64,000 nt of DNA from Felis catus (lineage: Eukaryota): positions 21,142,001 to 21,206,000 of the forward strand of contig NC_058377.1 of assembly GCF_018350175.1 (NCBI RefSeq), written 5' to 3'. The notes beneath the pieces were generated by a model, which saw nothing but the letters and a program-made list of their open reading frames with translations, was not told the origin of the DNA and ran no database searches. Position numbers and translations under genes: made by a program. Position 1 is the first letter of the stretch; the number at the start of each line of letters is the position of its first letter. This document shows, one piece after another, positions 38,784-51,190 of this stretch.

Positions 38784-38878
38784 ACTGGGCATCTTGGTGG
38801 CTCAGTCGGTTGAGCATCCCACTCTTGATTTCTTCTCAGATCATGATCCCAGGGTTGTGGGATCAAGCCCTATTGTCA
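38784..38878 (+). mobile_element. Can-SINE 5' fragment
   Basis: gggcatcttggtggctcagtcggttgagcatcccactcttg... without a tail. Confidence 0.8.
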
Positions 38879-39249
38879 ATGATGTTCACAAAGGAATCAC
38901 AAAGGAATCAAATGAAAAGGAAGTATCAATTCATAAAGAAATAACTGTTACAAAACTTAACAAAACTTGCTCACTCTGTAAGCTACCAGAAAATTTAAGT
39001 TTCATATATGTATATATACATGGAATATATACATATACACACTACAAAATGGCATAGGATTGTGATACCTGAGAGAAGAAACAACAATTAGATGAGCCTT
39101 ATGCTCATTCTGGCTTTCTGCTTTGGGGCAGTTTCTAGTCTGTGGCTCAGAAAAGTCATTCCAATAATAACATAGAAGTCGTGCTGAATTGGTAAGGTAG
39201 AAGTCAGAGTTCCTAAATGTCAAAGTGACAAGAATTTGGGGAGTGGAGC

Positions 39250-40760
39250 ATTAGAGAGGAGGGGGCTATTCACAGAAATCAACACGGGACCCTCTTGCAT
39301 GAATGGCTCAACACTAATTTGTCAATGCATAGGGTGAAATCCCACAAGGCTAGGCAAAGAAAAATTTCTGAAGCATTTACAAGTAGGGGCTGTAAGTAAA
39401 AATACTGCAAATATTTGCTTAGAGCTAGAAATCATTCAAGTTCTGATCTTCTAAATAGAGAAGATATGGGACATTTAATAGAGATCCAAAAAGGTCATGA
39501 TTTAAGTGCGTGGGGTTTAACTAGCCCTAAAGTAAAGCTAATCTAGAGACATAATAAAGAAGCCTGAAAACAAGACATTGATTGATCAAGCTGATCCAGA
39601 AGTAACATAACTGCCTGCCAGAACAAGATCCAACTCTCTAGAGGAACATAGCAAAATACAGCACTCTCGAGAAACCACTAGAGCTAAGAATAGTTTGATA
39701 TTTCCACCATCAAGTGTGGAAAACTTTTGTGTTACGCAGGGCACTGAACAGAGTTTTTACAAAGGTTTTGTCTCAGTAGTGAAACAAAGCTACCAGCAGA
39801 AATAAGGCTATTTGGGTTCTACCCCAAAACACATAAAAGCAAGCCTTGAAGAAATCAAATTTTTCAGAAAAAACTTAAGAGCGCTGTAGAATCAAAAATT
39901 TCCAGACATATAACACTTACTGCAATGAGCCCTGAGTAATGCACGGAATTGTTGAATCACTATATTGTACACCTGAAGCTACCATAACACTGTATGTTAA
40001 TTATACTGGAATTAAGATAAAAATTTTAAATTTAAAGTTAAAAAATTCCAGAAATATAGAGAAATCTAGACAAACATAAGGCCCATAATTAGGATTTTTT
40101 AAAAAGTCAATATTCAAAGACCCAGAAGAGTCACACATAATGGAATTAGTAGACAAAGACATTAAAAGTTACTGTTTTAATGAAATATTGAATATTTCAT
40201 ATTTTCAAATGATGAAAAATTGAAATATTACATATTTTCAAAAGGTAAAGAAAATCATAAGCATTATGAGAAATATGTGGATGATAAAAAATAACCTAAA
40301 TCAAAATTCTAAAGATTAAAATACAATGTCCAACATGAAAAATTCACTGGATTAGAGTGGTAACAAATTAGACACTGAAAAACAGTATGAGCAGAGCATC
40401 AGTGAAGCAGGGGACAATTTCAAGCAGCCTAATAATATAAGTATAATTGTAGTCCTCAATGGAAGAAGGAGAGGAAGAGAAGGGAAAAAAATATTCAGAG
40501 GAATAATGATCAAAGTTTTTCAAAATAGGAGGGCAACTAGAAGTCAAAAGAATGAAGAATTCAACAAAAATTAATCTGGAAAATAACCAAATATCTGGAA
40601 TGGTTGAAAAAAGAAAATGAAAGAGAAAACACAAAGGTTTTTGAGCTGAATACAATAAAATAGAAATGTATGGGGTACACCTAACACAGTACTTACCATG
40701 AAATTATATCACCACACTAAAAAGGAAAGATCTCAAAACAATGACCTCTGTTGTCAACAG
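39250..40760 (+). mobile_element. Old L1M 5'/ORF1-region remnant
   Basis: A-rich sense strand with ORF1-like motifs (aaaattcactggat...aaattagacactg, gacaatttcaagcagcctaat, aatattcagaggaataatg). Confidence 0.55.
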
Positions 40761-41138
40761 AAGACCATGTTAAAATATACATAAGCACTGTATATACGTG
40801 TCTAGAAGGAATTCTAAGACCCAGGGGGGCTAAGTGGCCTTTATAAGATAACATGGAAAAACAGCATAAATGCAAAAATAAAAATGAGGTCCCATTTCAG
40901 CCATCCAGTGTTATTCCTCATAAAAAATTAACATTTAACTTTAGATTAAGAATTCTAATAATCTTGTCTGTTTTAAGAAAATGATGGATAATACTTATTT
41001 TGTACGTATTCAACTCATAGTTTGAAAGTGCTCTGAGAAAAGGATCATGGGCTTCATACCTACCACTAGCTTTATCTCTGTATTTCCTAACACGGTTAGA
41101 ACAAAGGCTTGAACGTAGTTGATGCATTTTATACATTT

Positions 41139-41362
41139 AAAAAAAATTTTAATGTTTATTTATTTTTGAGAGACAGAGAGAGATTGAGTGTGAGCGGGGG
41201 CGGACAGAGAGAGCGGGAGGGAGGGAGGCATAGAATTCCAAGAAGGCTCCAGGTTCTGAGCTGTCAGCACAGAGCCTGATGCCGGGCTTGAACCCACAAA
41301 CCGTGAGATCATGACCTGAGCTGAAGTCAAATGTTTATCTGGCTGAGCCACCCAGGCGCCCC
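41139..41362 (-). mobile_element. Can-SINE (SINEC)
   Basis: SINEC body; TSD ttatacattt at 41129-41138 and 41363-41372. Confidence 0.95.
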
Positions 41363-41529
41363 TTATACATTTTTTTTTTTAAGTTGAATTATTATACTCA
41401 ACCCACCGGCAATTACATCATGTGTACAGCTAAATCTTACCAATTTAGCAGGACAAGGGGAATGCTCAAAGACCAATCTCTGTGAACAAACTTAGTTTGA
41501 ATGCACCTTAACTATATTGCGCTTTACTG

Positions 41530-41855
41530 TGGAAAAACACACACTTTCCACATTTTAAAGTGAACAATTCAGTGGCATTTAGTGCATTCACAAATTTGTG
41601 CGACCGTCACTACTCCGTTTGCAGAACATTTCTTCACTCCAAGAGGAGTAAGTTGTTACTTCCTGTTGCCTCTTTTCCCAGCTCTCGGCAACCATTGATG
41701 TGCTTTCTGTCTCTGTGGAGTTGCCTATTCTGGATATTTTATGTCAATTGAATCATACTATATATGGCCTTTTGCGTCTGGCTTCTTATATTTAGCATAA
41801 TGTTTTCAAAGTATATCTATGTGATGGCATATATTGACATTACACATTTGTTGTT
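41530..41855 (-). mobile_element. Old L1M 3' UTR fragment
   Basis: ttttaaagtgaacaattcagtggcatttagtgcattcac...ctattctggatattttatgtcaattgaatcatac motifs. Confidence 0.75.
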
Positions 41856-41862
41856 AAGTAGA

Positions 41863-43154
41863 AAGAGATATCGAGGAATAGATCCTGTTCACAATTGCAC
41901 CAAGAACTATAAAATACCTAGGCTTAAACCTAACCAAAGAAGTAAAAGACTGTACACGGAAAACTACAGAAAGCTCATGAGAGAAATTGAGGAAGGCACA
42001 AAGAAATGGAAAAACATTCCATGCTCATGGATTGGAAGAACAAACATTGTTAAAATGTTGATAGTACCCAAAACAATCTTCACATTCAATGCAATCCCAA
42101 TCAAAATAGCACCGGCGTTCTTCTCAGAGCTGCAACTAACAACCCTCAAATTTGTATGGAACCACAAAAGACCTCGAATAGCCAAGTAATGTTGAAAAAG
42201 AAAACCAAAGCGGGAGGCATCACAATCCTAGACTTTAGCCTCTACTACAAAGCTGGAATCATCAAGACAGTATGGTATTGGCACAAAAACAGACACATAG
42301 AACAATGGAATAGAACACAGAACCCAGAAATGGGCCCACATATAGATGGTCAACTAATTTTCAACAAAGCAGAAAAGAGTATCCAATGGAAAAAAGTCTC
42401 TTTAGCAAATGGTGCTGGGAGAATTGGACAGCAACACGCTGAAAAATGAAACTAGACCACTTTCTTACACCATACCCAAAAGTAAATTCAAAATGGATGA
42501 AAGACCTAAATGTGAGACAGGGAACCATCAAAATCCTACAGGAGAAAACAGGCAGCAACGTTTTTGACCTCAGCCTCAGCAACTTCTTACTTGACATGTC
42601 TCCAAAGTCAAGGGAAATAAAAGCAAAAATGAAATATTGGGACCTCATCAAGATAAAATCTTCTGCACAGCCAAGGAAACCATCAATAAAAGTAAAAGGC
42701 AACTGACAGAATGGGATAAGATATTTACAAATGATATATCGGATAAAGGGTTAGTATCCAGAATCTATAAAGAACTTACCAAACTCAACACCCAAAAAGC
42801 AAATTATCTGNNNNNNNNNNNNNNNNNNNNNNNNNNNNNNNNNNNNNNNNNNNNNNNNNNNNNNNNNNNNNNNNNNNNNNNNNNNNNNNNNNNNNNNNNN
42901 NNNNNNNNNNNNNNNNNNNNNNNNNNNNNNNNNNNNNNNNNNNNNNNNNNNNNNNNNNNNNNNNNNNNNNNNNNNNNNNAGGCAACAACAGATGTTGGCG
43001 AGGATGCGGAGAAGAAGGAACCCTCTTGCACTGTTGGTGGGAATGCAAACAGGTGCAGCCACTCTGGAAAACAGTGTGGAGGTTCCTCAAAAATTAAAAT
43101 AAAATTACCCTACAACCCAGAAATTGCACTACAAGATATTTACCCAAAGAACAA
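41863..43154 (+). mobile_element. Carnivore L1 ORF2 internal fragment (truncated at both ends, no 3' UTR)
   Basis: ORF2 peptides [82 protein letters not shown]; frameshifted; flanked by aagtaga (41856-41862 and 43155-43161). Confidence 0.95.
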
Positions 43155-43529
43155 AAGTAGAGGCTCTCAGTTTATCTTCTCTGTCTCTTAACTTCCTTTT
43201 TGCTTTTTAAAATCATTTTTTCTCTCCCTGATGCATTCTGTGTGAATCCTTAGCACTTATTTTTCTGATTCTCTAATTCCTCAGCGATAATGTCTAGTTC
43301 CCTAGATATATCTTCAACTATATCCAGTCCAGAGTTTAATCCAAGTATTAATTAATTTCTATTTCAATAACTATATTTTCATGCCCAAGTATATAATTGG
43401 TGCTTGTTTTATTTCTTCTAGTTTTTATTTCTTTTATTTTTTCCTTTTTTTAAATGGAAATTTAGTTTTTATACATTTTAACAGTTAATATGTTTACATT
43501 AAAGTTTTATAAATAAATTAAAATTCTTT

Positions 43530-43769
43530 AAAAAATTTTTTTATTAAAATTTTTTTTTAATGTTTATTTTTGAGACAGAGAGACAGAGACAGAGAGAGAC
43601 AGAGTGCGAGCAGGGGAGGGGTAGAGAGAGAGAGACGCAGAATCTGAAGCAGGCTCCAGGCTCTGTGCTGACAGCTCAGAGCCCAACGTGGGGCCTGAAC
43701 TCACAAACTATGAGATCATGACCTGAGCTGAAGTTGGATGCTTAACCAACTGAGACACCTAGACGCCCC
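43530..43769 (-). mobile_element. Can-SINE (SINEC)
   Basis: SINEC body; TSD aaa(t/g)taaaattcttt. Confidence 0.93.
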
Positions 43770-43784
43770 AAAGTAAAATTCTTT

Positions 43785-44005
43785 TTTAATGTTTTTTAAA
43801 ATTAATTAATTAATTAATTAATTAATTTTTGTGAGAAAAAGAGAGAGGGAGCACGTGCACAAGTGGGAGAGGGGGTGGGGGGAGACACACAGTCCGAAAT
43901 AGGTTCTAGGCTCTGAGCCAGATGAGGGGCTTGAACCTATCACCTGTGAAATCATGACCTGAGCTGAACTCGGATGCTTAACTGACTGAACCACCCAGTC
44001 TCCCC
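43785..44005 (-). mobile_element. Can-SINE (older) with (TTAA)n tail
   Basis: Antisense SINEC body; tail attaattaattaatt. Confidence 0.9.
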
Positions 44006-44009
44006 AAAT

Positions 44010-45640
44010 ATCAAATCGTTAAAAAAAAAAAAAAAGTAACCCATAGGAAGTCAAGAAAGGGAGTCAGAGGAAAGAAAAACAGAAGAAAAAACACAAAAAT
44101 AATAAAATGGCAAACTTAAGCCCTAACATAGCAATAATCAGTTTAATCGCAAATGGTCTATAATTGCCAACTATCCACTGAAAAGCTAAAAAACAAACTC
44201 AACTCTATGCTGTCTATAAGAAATACGCTTCAATGTTAGATAAAGTACACTTCAGAGCAATAAGGCAAATAGCAACAATGATACCAACACTCTAGTACAC
44301 TTCAACTAGTTCAGAAAGAAAGAAGTAAAACTTTTTAATGATACATGAAAGCCTATGTAGAAAATCCTATGAGAACTACAGGGGGAAAAAAAAAGAAGGT
44401 ATTGTCAATGGCAATTGAGTTTGGCTGGATTGTAGGAAACAGAATCATTATATAAAAATCCATCATCTTCAATAATTAGGAGTGAACAAAAGGAAACTAA
44501 AATTTAAAATATCATTTGCATACAGCATCAAACCTGTGAAATCCTTAGTGCAAAATCCTATATCTGGCAAAATATGTGCAAAATCCTTATAAGCAAAACC
44601 TTTTTGAGAGAAGTTGAAGGAAACCTAAATATACTGTGTTCCTGCATCAGAAGGCTAATTATCATGATACTAGTTTTCCTCACATTGATTCATAGATTCA
44701 CTACAATCCTATTCAAAAGCCCAATAGGCATTTTGTAAGCATTGATAAACTGTTTCCAAAATTCATAAGGAAATACAAAAGGTCTGGGATGAACAAAACA
44801 ACTCTGATAAAGAACAAGGCTGGAGGCTCTACATTATAAACTTCAAAGCATATTCTGAAGCTACAATTAACGAGACAGTGTGATACAGGCATCCAGATAG
44901 ATGATAGGTTAATGGAGTAAAATAAAGAGCTAAAAAATAGATGAACACATAGAGGGTCAATTGATCTGAACAAAGTTAAATGTCAAGGCAATCTGAGAGT
45001 ACTAAAATAATTAGGCATTCTTATGCAAAAAGAAAGAAAAAGAAATAAAGAAAAAAGAAAGTAAAAAAAGAAATTATCAATACACATAAGATCCTGAGTG
45101 AATCTCAAAATAATTATGCCAAATAAAAGAAGTCAAGCAAAGAGTATATATTGTATGGTTTTGTAAATAAAATATTTTTTTTAATTTTTTTTTCAACGTT
45201 TATTTGTTTTTGGGACAGAGAGAGACAGAGCATGAGTGGGGGAGGGGCAGAGAGAGAGGGAGACACAGAATCGGAAACAGGCTCCAGGCTCTGAGCCGTC
45301 AGCCCAGAGCCTGACGCGGGGCTCGAACTCACGGACCGCGAGATCGTGACCTGGCTGAAGTCGGACACTTAACCGACTGCGCCACCCAGGCGCCCCCTTG
45401 TAAATAAAATATTTTTAAAAAATGCAAACTCCAGTGACAGAAAATAGATTCCCAGTTGCCTTGAGAAGGGGTGGAAGAAGGTTGAGAGGGAAGGATGACA
45501 AAGGGGGTGACTGTGTTCTTTTTTGTAATTTTGGTGATGTTTTCATAGTTATATATACCGAATTTACGTAATTGTACGCTTTAAATATGTGCAATTTATT
45601 ATATGTCATTTTTATCCCAATAAAGCTGTGAACATTTTGA
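44010..45640 (+). mobile_element. Old L1M ORF2/3' remnant
   Basis: Decayed ORF2 motifs (aagaacaaggctggaggctctacattataaacttcaaagcatattctgaagctac) and 3' end motifs; interrupted by a SINE. Confidence 0.7.
45180..45397 (-). mobile_element. Young cat-type Can-SINE
   Basis: CpG-intact body; perfect 19-bp TSD ttgtaaataaaatattttt at 45161-45179 and 45398-45416. Confidence 0.98.
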
Positions 45641-45994
45641 TAAAGAAATGAACAGACCATTCATGACAGTTCAGATGGGCAAAAATGTCACATAATTGAA
45701 ATTAGGACTGACCTGGAAAATTGCATGGGCATATGCTTCCCACATCTTTGAAGCCCAGGTTATACCTTTTGAAATCACAGAAAGAAAACAGGCCACTTAT
45801 TCTTTTTCTCCACTTATAATCCTCTAAAACGTTTAGATAAGAGTAAAAAGTTCTTCTGTGTTTGCAGATGATGAAATGGGTTTGGATGGATTATAGATCA
45901 AAAATGCTAAGGAAAATGGAATAACTTTGTGGTTTTGATAAAGCAATTTAATTGTTAATATTTGCTATGGAATTATTACCATTTTTCTTCCATG

Positions 45995-46955
45995 TTTTAA
46001 TTTAAATTCCATTTAGTCAACATACAGTGTAATATTAGTTTCAGGCCTAGAATTTAGTGATTCATCACTTACATACAACACCCAGTGCTCATCACAAGTG
46101 GGCTCCTTAGTACCCATCACCCACTTAGCCCATCCCCCACCTCCACTCCAGTAACCCTCAGTTTACTCTGTAGGTAAGAGTTTGTTTCTTGGTTTGCCTC
46201 TCTCTCTCTTTTCCTTCCCCTATATTCATGTGTTTTGTTTCTTAAATTCCACATATGAGTAAAATCATATGGCATTTTTCTTACTCTGACTGACTCTTCT
46301 AATTTAACATAATACACTCCAGCTCCATCCACATTGTGACAAATGGAAATATTTCATTCTTTTTTTTATGGCCGAGTGGTGTTCCATTATATGTATATAC
46401 CAATCTCTTCTTTATCTATTCATCAGTTGATGGGTATTTGTGGGGGTTTTTTCCCCATAATTTGGCTATTGTTGAAAACGCTGCTACAAACATCAGGGTG
46501 CATATATCCCTTCTAGTCAGTATTTTTGTGTCCTTTGGATAAATATCTAGCAGTGTAATTGCTGGATTGTAGGGTGGTTCTATTTAAAATTTTTTGAGGA
46601 ACCTCCATACTGTTTTTCAGACTGGCTGCACCAGGTTGCATTCCCATCAACAGTGTAAGAGGGTTCCCCTTTTTCTGCATCCTCACCAACATCTGTTTTT
46701 TCCTATGTTATTAACTTTATCCATTCTGACAAGTGTGAGGTGATATCTCACTGTAGTTTTAATCTGTATTTCCCTGGTGATGGGTGATTTTGAGCATCTT
46801 TTCATGGGTCTGTTAGCCACCTGGATGTCTTCTTCAGAAAAATGTCTATTCATGTCTTCTGTCAGTTTTTTAACTGGATGATTTGTTTTTTGGGTGTTGA
46901 ATTTTATAATTTCTTTATATATATTTGGATACTAACCCTTTATCAGATATGTCAC
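45995..46955 (-). mobile_element. Carnivore L1 3' segment (3' UTR plus ORF2 end)
   Basis: Continuous antisense L1 sequence from ttccatttagtcaacatacagtg to ccctttatcagatatgtca. Confidence 0.92.
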
Positions 46956-47026
46956 TCTCTGATGCTATGGAATCATTATTAGTCTTCTTAACACTTGGGA
47001 AAAAAAGTTTGATGTTTATTTGAAAC

Positions 47027-47439
47027 ACCCCAGGGATCAACTACACTGCCAACAAATATGTATTTTGTAATTGTTCCTTCCCTGTAGAGTCCAACCATGT
47101 GGATGACAAGCCCCTAAGGGGGAATTTCACTTCAAATCCCTCTTTCAGATCCAAATAGATCCAAACGAAACTTTCCTTCAATAATAGAGGACTGAGGGTC
47201 AATGGGACTATTTTCTTGCTGTGCTTAGCGGGTGTCAAGCTACTACCCTTCATCAATACTTCTTGATTCTTATGCAAAATCAATTCCATGATTTTGCCAG
47301 AATAAGTGAGATTCTGGGCCATTAATGTTTGATATCTTACAAATGTGTGTGTGTGCACATGCGTGCACTGTGTGAGACCAAACAAAAAAACTCATGTAGG
47401 CCCAGCATCACTTTACCTGGTGGTAATATTCAGGTAAGT
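47027..47439 (+). promoter_or_regulatory. Candidate promoter and first non-coding exon of the 51191 OR
   Basis: O/E-like ACCCCAGGGA (47027-47036), HD-like GCCATTAATG (47318-47327), perfect donor CAG|GTAAGT at 47433|47434. Confidence 0.35.
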
Positions 47440-47459
47440 CATTAAATTCTATCTACCTT

Positions 47460-47663
47460 TTAAAATTAAAATAAAATTTTGATGTTTATTTATTTTTGAA
47501 AGAGAGAGTGAGACAGAGTGTGAGTGGGGGAGGGCGAGAGAGAGAGAGAGAGAGGGAGACACAGATTCCAGGCTCTGAGCTGTCAGCACAGAGCCCGAAG
47601 TGGGGCTTGAACCACAAACCATGAGGACATGACCTATAACCGACTGAGCCACCCAGGTGCCCC
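47460..47663 (-). mobile_element. Can-SINE inserted in the tail region of the neighbouring SINE
   Basis: Antisense SINEC body directly abutting the tail of 47668-47914. Confidence 0.9.
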
Positions 47664-47667
47664 TAAA

Positions 47668-47914
47668 ACTTTTTTTTAAATGTTTCTATATATTTTTTTT
47701 AATTTTTTTTCAACGTTTATTTATTTTTGGGACAGAGAGAGACAGAGCATGAACGGGGGAGGGGCAGAGAGAGAGGGAGACACAGAATCGGAAACAGGCT
47801 CCAGGCTCTGAGCCATCAGCCCAGAGCCCGACGCGGGGCTCCAACTCACGAGCCGTGAGATCATGACCTGAACTGAAGTTGGACACTTAACCAACTGAGC
47901 CACCCAGGCACCCC
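47668..47914 (-). mobile_element. Can-SINE, apparently chimeric (young 3' part, old 5' part)
   Basis: CpG-intact young-type sequence at ~47700-47840, CpG-decayed long-type head at ~47840-47914; outer TSD aattctatct at 47445-47454 and 47916-47925. Confidence 0.9.
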
Positions 47915-48790
47915 TAATTCTATCTGCATTTGATAAGATATTATAATTGAAACTGAAGTTTGGAAGACAGTTAAAAATTCTCATTACCCATGCTATTTGG
48001 ACAAGAATGCACAGGCATGAACTGTCTCCTTCAAGGCAGATGAGCTCAAAGAGTGCAATGCGTGGAAATCATTTCTCCTCCATAATTCTTTGCTTGCTCT
48101 CCTGACCTCAAACTCACTTTTTGTCCCAATGACAAGTCCAGTCATATTAATATTTCTCATTCATATTGAATTTTGAAGCTTACAGAGCATTTACACATGC
48201 ATTAATAATGTAGTATTACAGGGCTTACTCAGGAATTCCTCTTTTATTAAAAGGACACTGCCATTACTTGACTTACTATCCAACATCTCTGAGCCAGCAA
48301 TGGGCCAACCTATGAATAAAAACCCAAGCTCCTGACTCTTAGCCCCCCTCATAAAGTGCTATACTCAGGGTTGAAAATGATGTCCTTCCCCACTTAATGC
48401 TTTTTCAATAGTGGATTCACAAGAGTCCCTAAGTCTAACCTTAAAAATGAAAGGAAGAAACTCCTGGCATTTTCTCTGATACCTTATTTATTCTGCCCAC
48501 TTTTCTCTACTGGTTATAATTCTAGCATGAGAAACCTATTCCAGAACTTTAATTAAATTACACATTTCTAACAAAAATTATTAAAAATTTTTTTGAGGCT
48601 TAACCATCCTATCCTCAAACTTCTTCAAATGCCCATACTCCTTAGAGACATCATCACCCAGAGTTCTTATTGTACTAGGAGTCGTTTGAAGAATAATTGA
48701 ATCTACTTCTTGGTCCCCTTCACCTAGTTTGCTCATTCCCCCACCCTCCCCTCTGGTAATGACCAGTTTGTTATTTATGAGACTATTTCT

Positions 48791-48791
<1 letters not shown>

Positions 48792-48835
<44 letters not shown>
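48792..48835 (+). repeat. (TG)n microsatellite
   Basis: Directly visible. Confidence 0.97.
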
Positions 48836-48836
<1 letters not shown>

Positions 48837-49167
48837 TAATACTTTGTCAAGGAAAGAGAGGTCAAATCATTTCTGTTAATGTCACAGGCCACACAAGTAT
48901 GTTTTTAATATTTATCTGAAGTGTAAATTTGGAATAGCACTCATCAACTCACATAGTTACAAAATTGTGTGTTATGAGAACTTTTAATATCTACTCTCAA
49001 CAACTTTGAAATATACAATACAGTATTATTAACTAGGGTCCTCTGTGCTGTAGTTTACATGCTGAGGACTTATTTATCTTATAACTGAAAGTTTGTACCT
49101 TTAGACAATTTTCACCCATTCCATCCAGAAAAAAGCTTTTCTGCAGATACTGACATGGCTGTCCCCC

Positions 49168-49547
49168 TGTTAGTTCACAAATTGGCCCCTTACAGAGAGG
49201 GCATGGAGGGATGGTAGAAAGAGGTAGTCCATTCCAGATAGGTAGATGGCAATTTAATAAGCAAAGGAATCTACTAATGGGCTTGTCTTGGGCAGTCTCA
49301 GGACACTAGATTTCTGCACCTGCTTGGCAGAATTAAGTTTATATAGGGACCTTAACTGGGTTTAGTTACATATACATTCCAGATGGTCCCAACAACAAGA
49401 CTGCATCCTTAAAAATGGCTTCTAATGTGGGAATGATGGGCAAAGAATACATTCCAAGGACATGGCAAGGGGTGAGGGGCAACCAGTTACCTGGGTCCAG
49501 CTGTGTGTCCACCAGTGGTCACATCCTTTCAATGACCTCCTCTAACA
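49168..49547 (-). mobile_element. Solo LTR (~380 bp) inserted in an L2 relic
   Basis: Terminal inverted repeat TGTTAG...CTAACA; minus-strand TATA (ccctatataaac) and ATTAAA; both flanks resemble L2; no clean TSD. Confidence 0.55.
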
Positions 49548-50199
49548 GCCTCTCAGTTCATTCAGGACTTAGCTTAAACGTCACCACTTCAGAAAGTCCT
49601 CCTTTGAATAGCTCTCTAAATTTCCAGCCTCTGCTCTTACACTACTTTATTTTCTTCATAGTATTTCTCATAACTTGACTAAATTCTACATCTACTTCTT
49701 TGTTGGTTTGTTGACCTCCCTCATTGGAACGTAAACTTCACGAGAGTGGGAATTTGCCGTATTCAATGCACAGAAGTCTCTCAATATAGCTGTTGAGTGA
49801 ATGAAGAATAAACCATTTCAAAAAAACATATATAGTAGGAATTTTCTCTGTTTTAAGATGAAGAAACTGGAGTTTATTTAGGAGAAGGAACTTAGAGTCA
49901 CAAAACTAAGAGATAATCATGGGTAAAAATTAATCTAGTTTGATATGATGTGATACACTCAGCTCCTCAGCACCTCCCAATGACTAAACCACAACTATAC
50001 TATAAGAAATTACATTGTTTTCTCTGAAAGAGTCACAGAGTGCCTTTGGGGAGAAAGAAGTTGGAGCAGTAGAAGTAACATGGAATTAGAAACAGTTTCA
50101 TGGAGGAATATACTTTTTTTAAGTAGTAAAGTGAGGTTTAATGAATTGTATGATAACAAAACTTTAAAATACATGAGTTGATAAGACCAAATATTTAAA

Positions 50200-50645
50200 A
50201 AAATTTTAAATTAAATTAAATATAGTATAACTCTAATTCTAGTATAGTTAATATACAGTGTTATTTTAGTTTCAGGTGTACAATATTGTAATTTAACATT
50301 TCCATACAGCACCCAGTGCTCATCATGACAACGGCTCTCCTTAATACCTATGCCCTATTTCAGCCATCCCCCTGCCTGCGTCCCCTCTGGAAACCACCAG
50401 TTTGTTCTCTGTAGTTAAGAGTCTGTTTCTTGGTTTGCCTATCTCTCTCTCTTTTTTCCATTTACTTGTTTGTTTTGTTTCTTAAATTCCACATATGAGT
50501 GAAATCATATGGTCTGTGTCTTTTTTTGACTGATTTATTTCACTTTACATCATAATCTCTACCTTCACCCATATCATTGCAAATGGCAAGATTTCATTCT
50601 TTTTTATGGCTGAATAATATTCCACTGAATATGTATATATATCAC
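50200..50645 (-). mobile_element. Carnivore L1 3' UTR fragment
   Basis: Same antisense L1 3' motifs as the other copies in this window. Confidence 0.88.
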
Positions 50646-51190
50646 AAAAGAAAGGAAAGTCAAAACCAGCAACTCACAGAAGAGATGGAAAGCTTGGAGG
50701 GAACCAAAGCTCTGTGAGATCGGGGTCAGACACTGAATGAGCAAAATGAAGATGCCAAAGCCAAAGGGGAATCCCAGGGATACCAACAAGGGAGAGGTTA
50801 AGCTCTGAGACATGAGAAGAGGACACAGGCTGCTGCAGATTAAAAAGTAGCAAAACCTGGCAATAGCACTGTACGGTTTCTCTAAAGGTTACTGAATAAC
50901 ACAAGGATTATTTTTCATTTGTAGGAGAATCTAAGATTCAATTTGTGGAGACAAAAGGATTTTTACTTCACTATGTCACGTGGCAGCAATAAAAACTGAA
51001 GCCAAATGCACCACCGACGTCTTGATAAGGGCTTCAACTAAGATTTTAGCCTTGTTTTTCAGAAATTCTGTGCCAGTTAGAAATTATGTAATTCATCAGA
51101 TCTGGGATCACTAAATTCTGTCAGATGACAGTGTTTGTCTAATAAAAGCCTCTTTCCTGAGCTACTCAGCCTAGCACAACTGGGAGAAGA

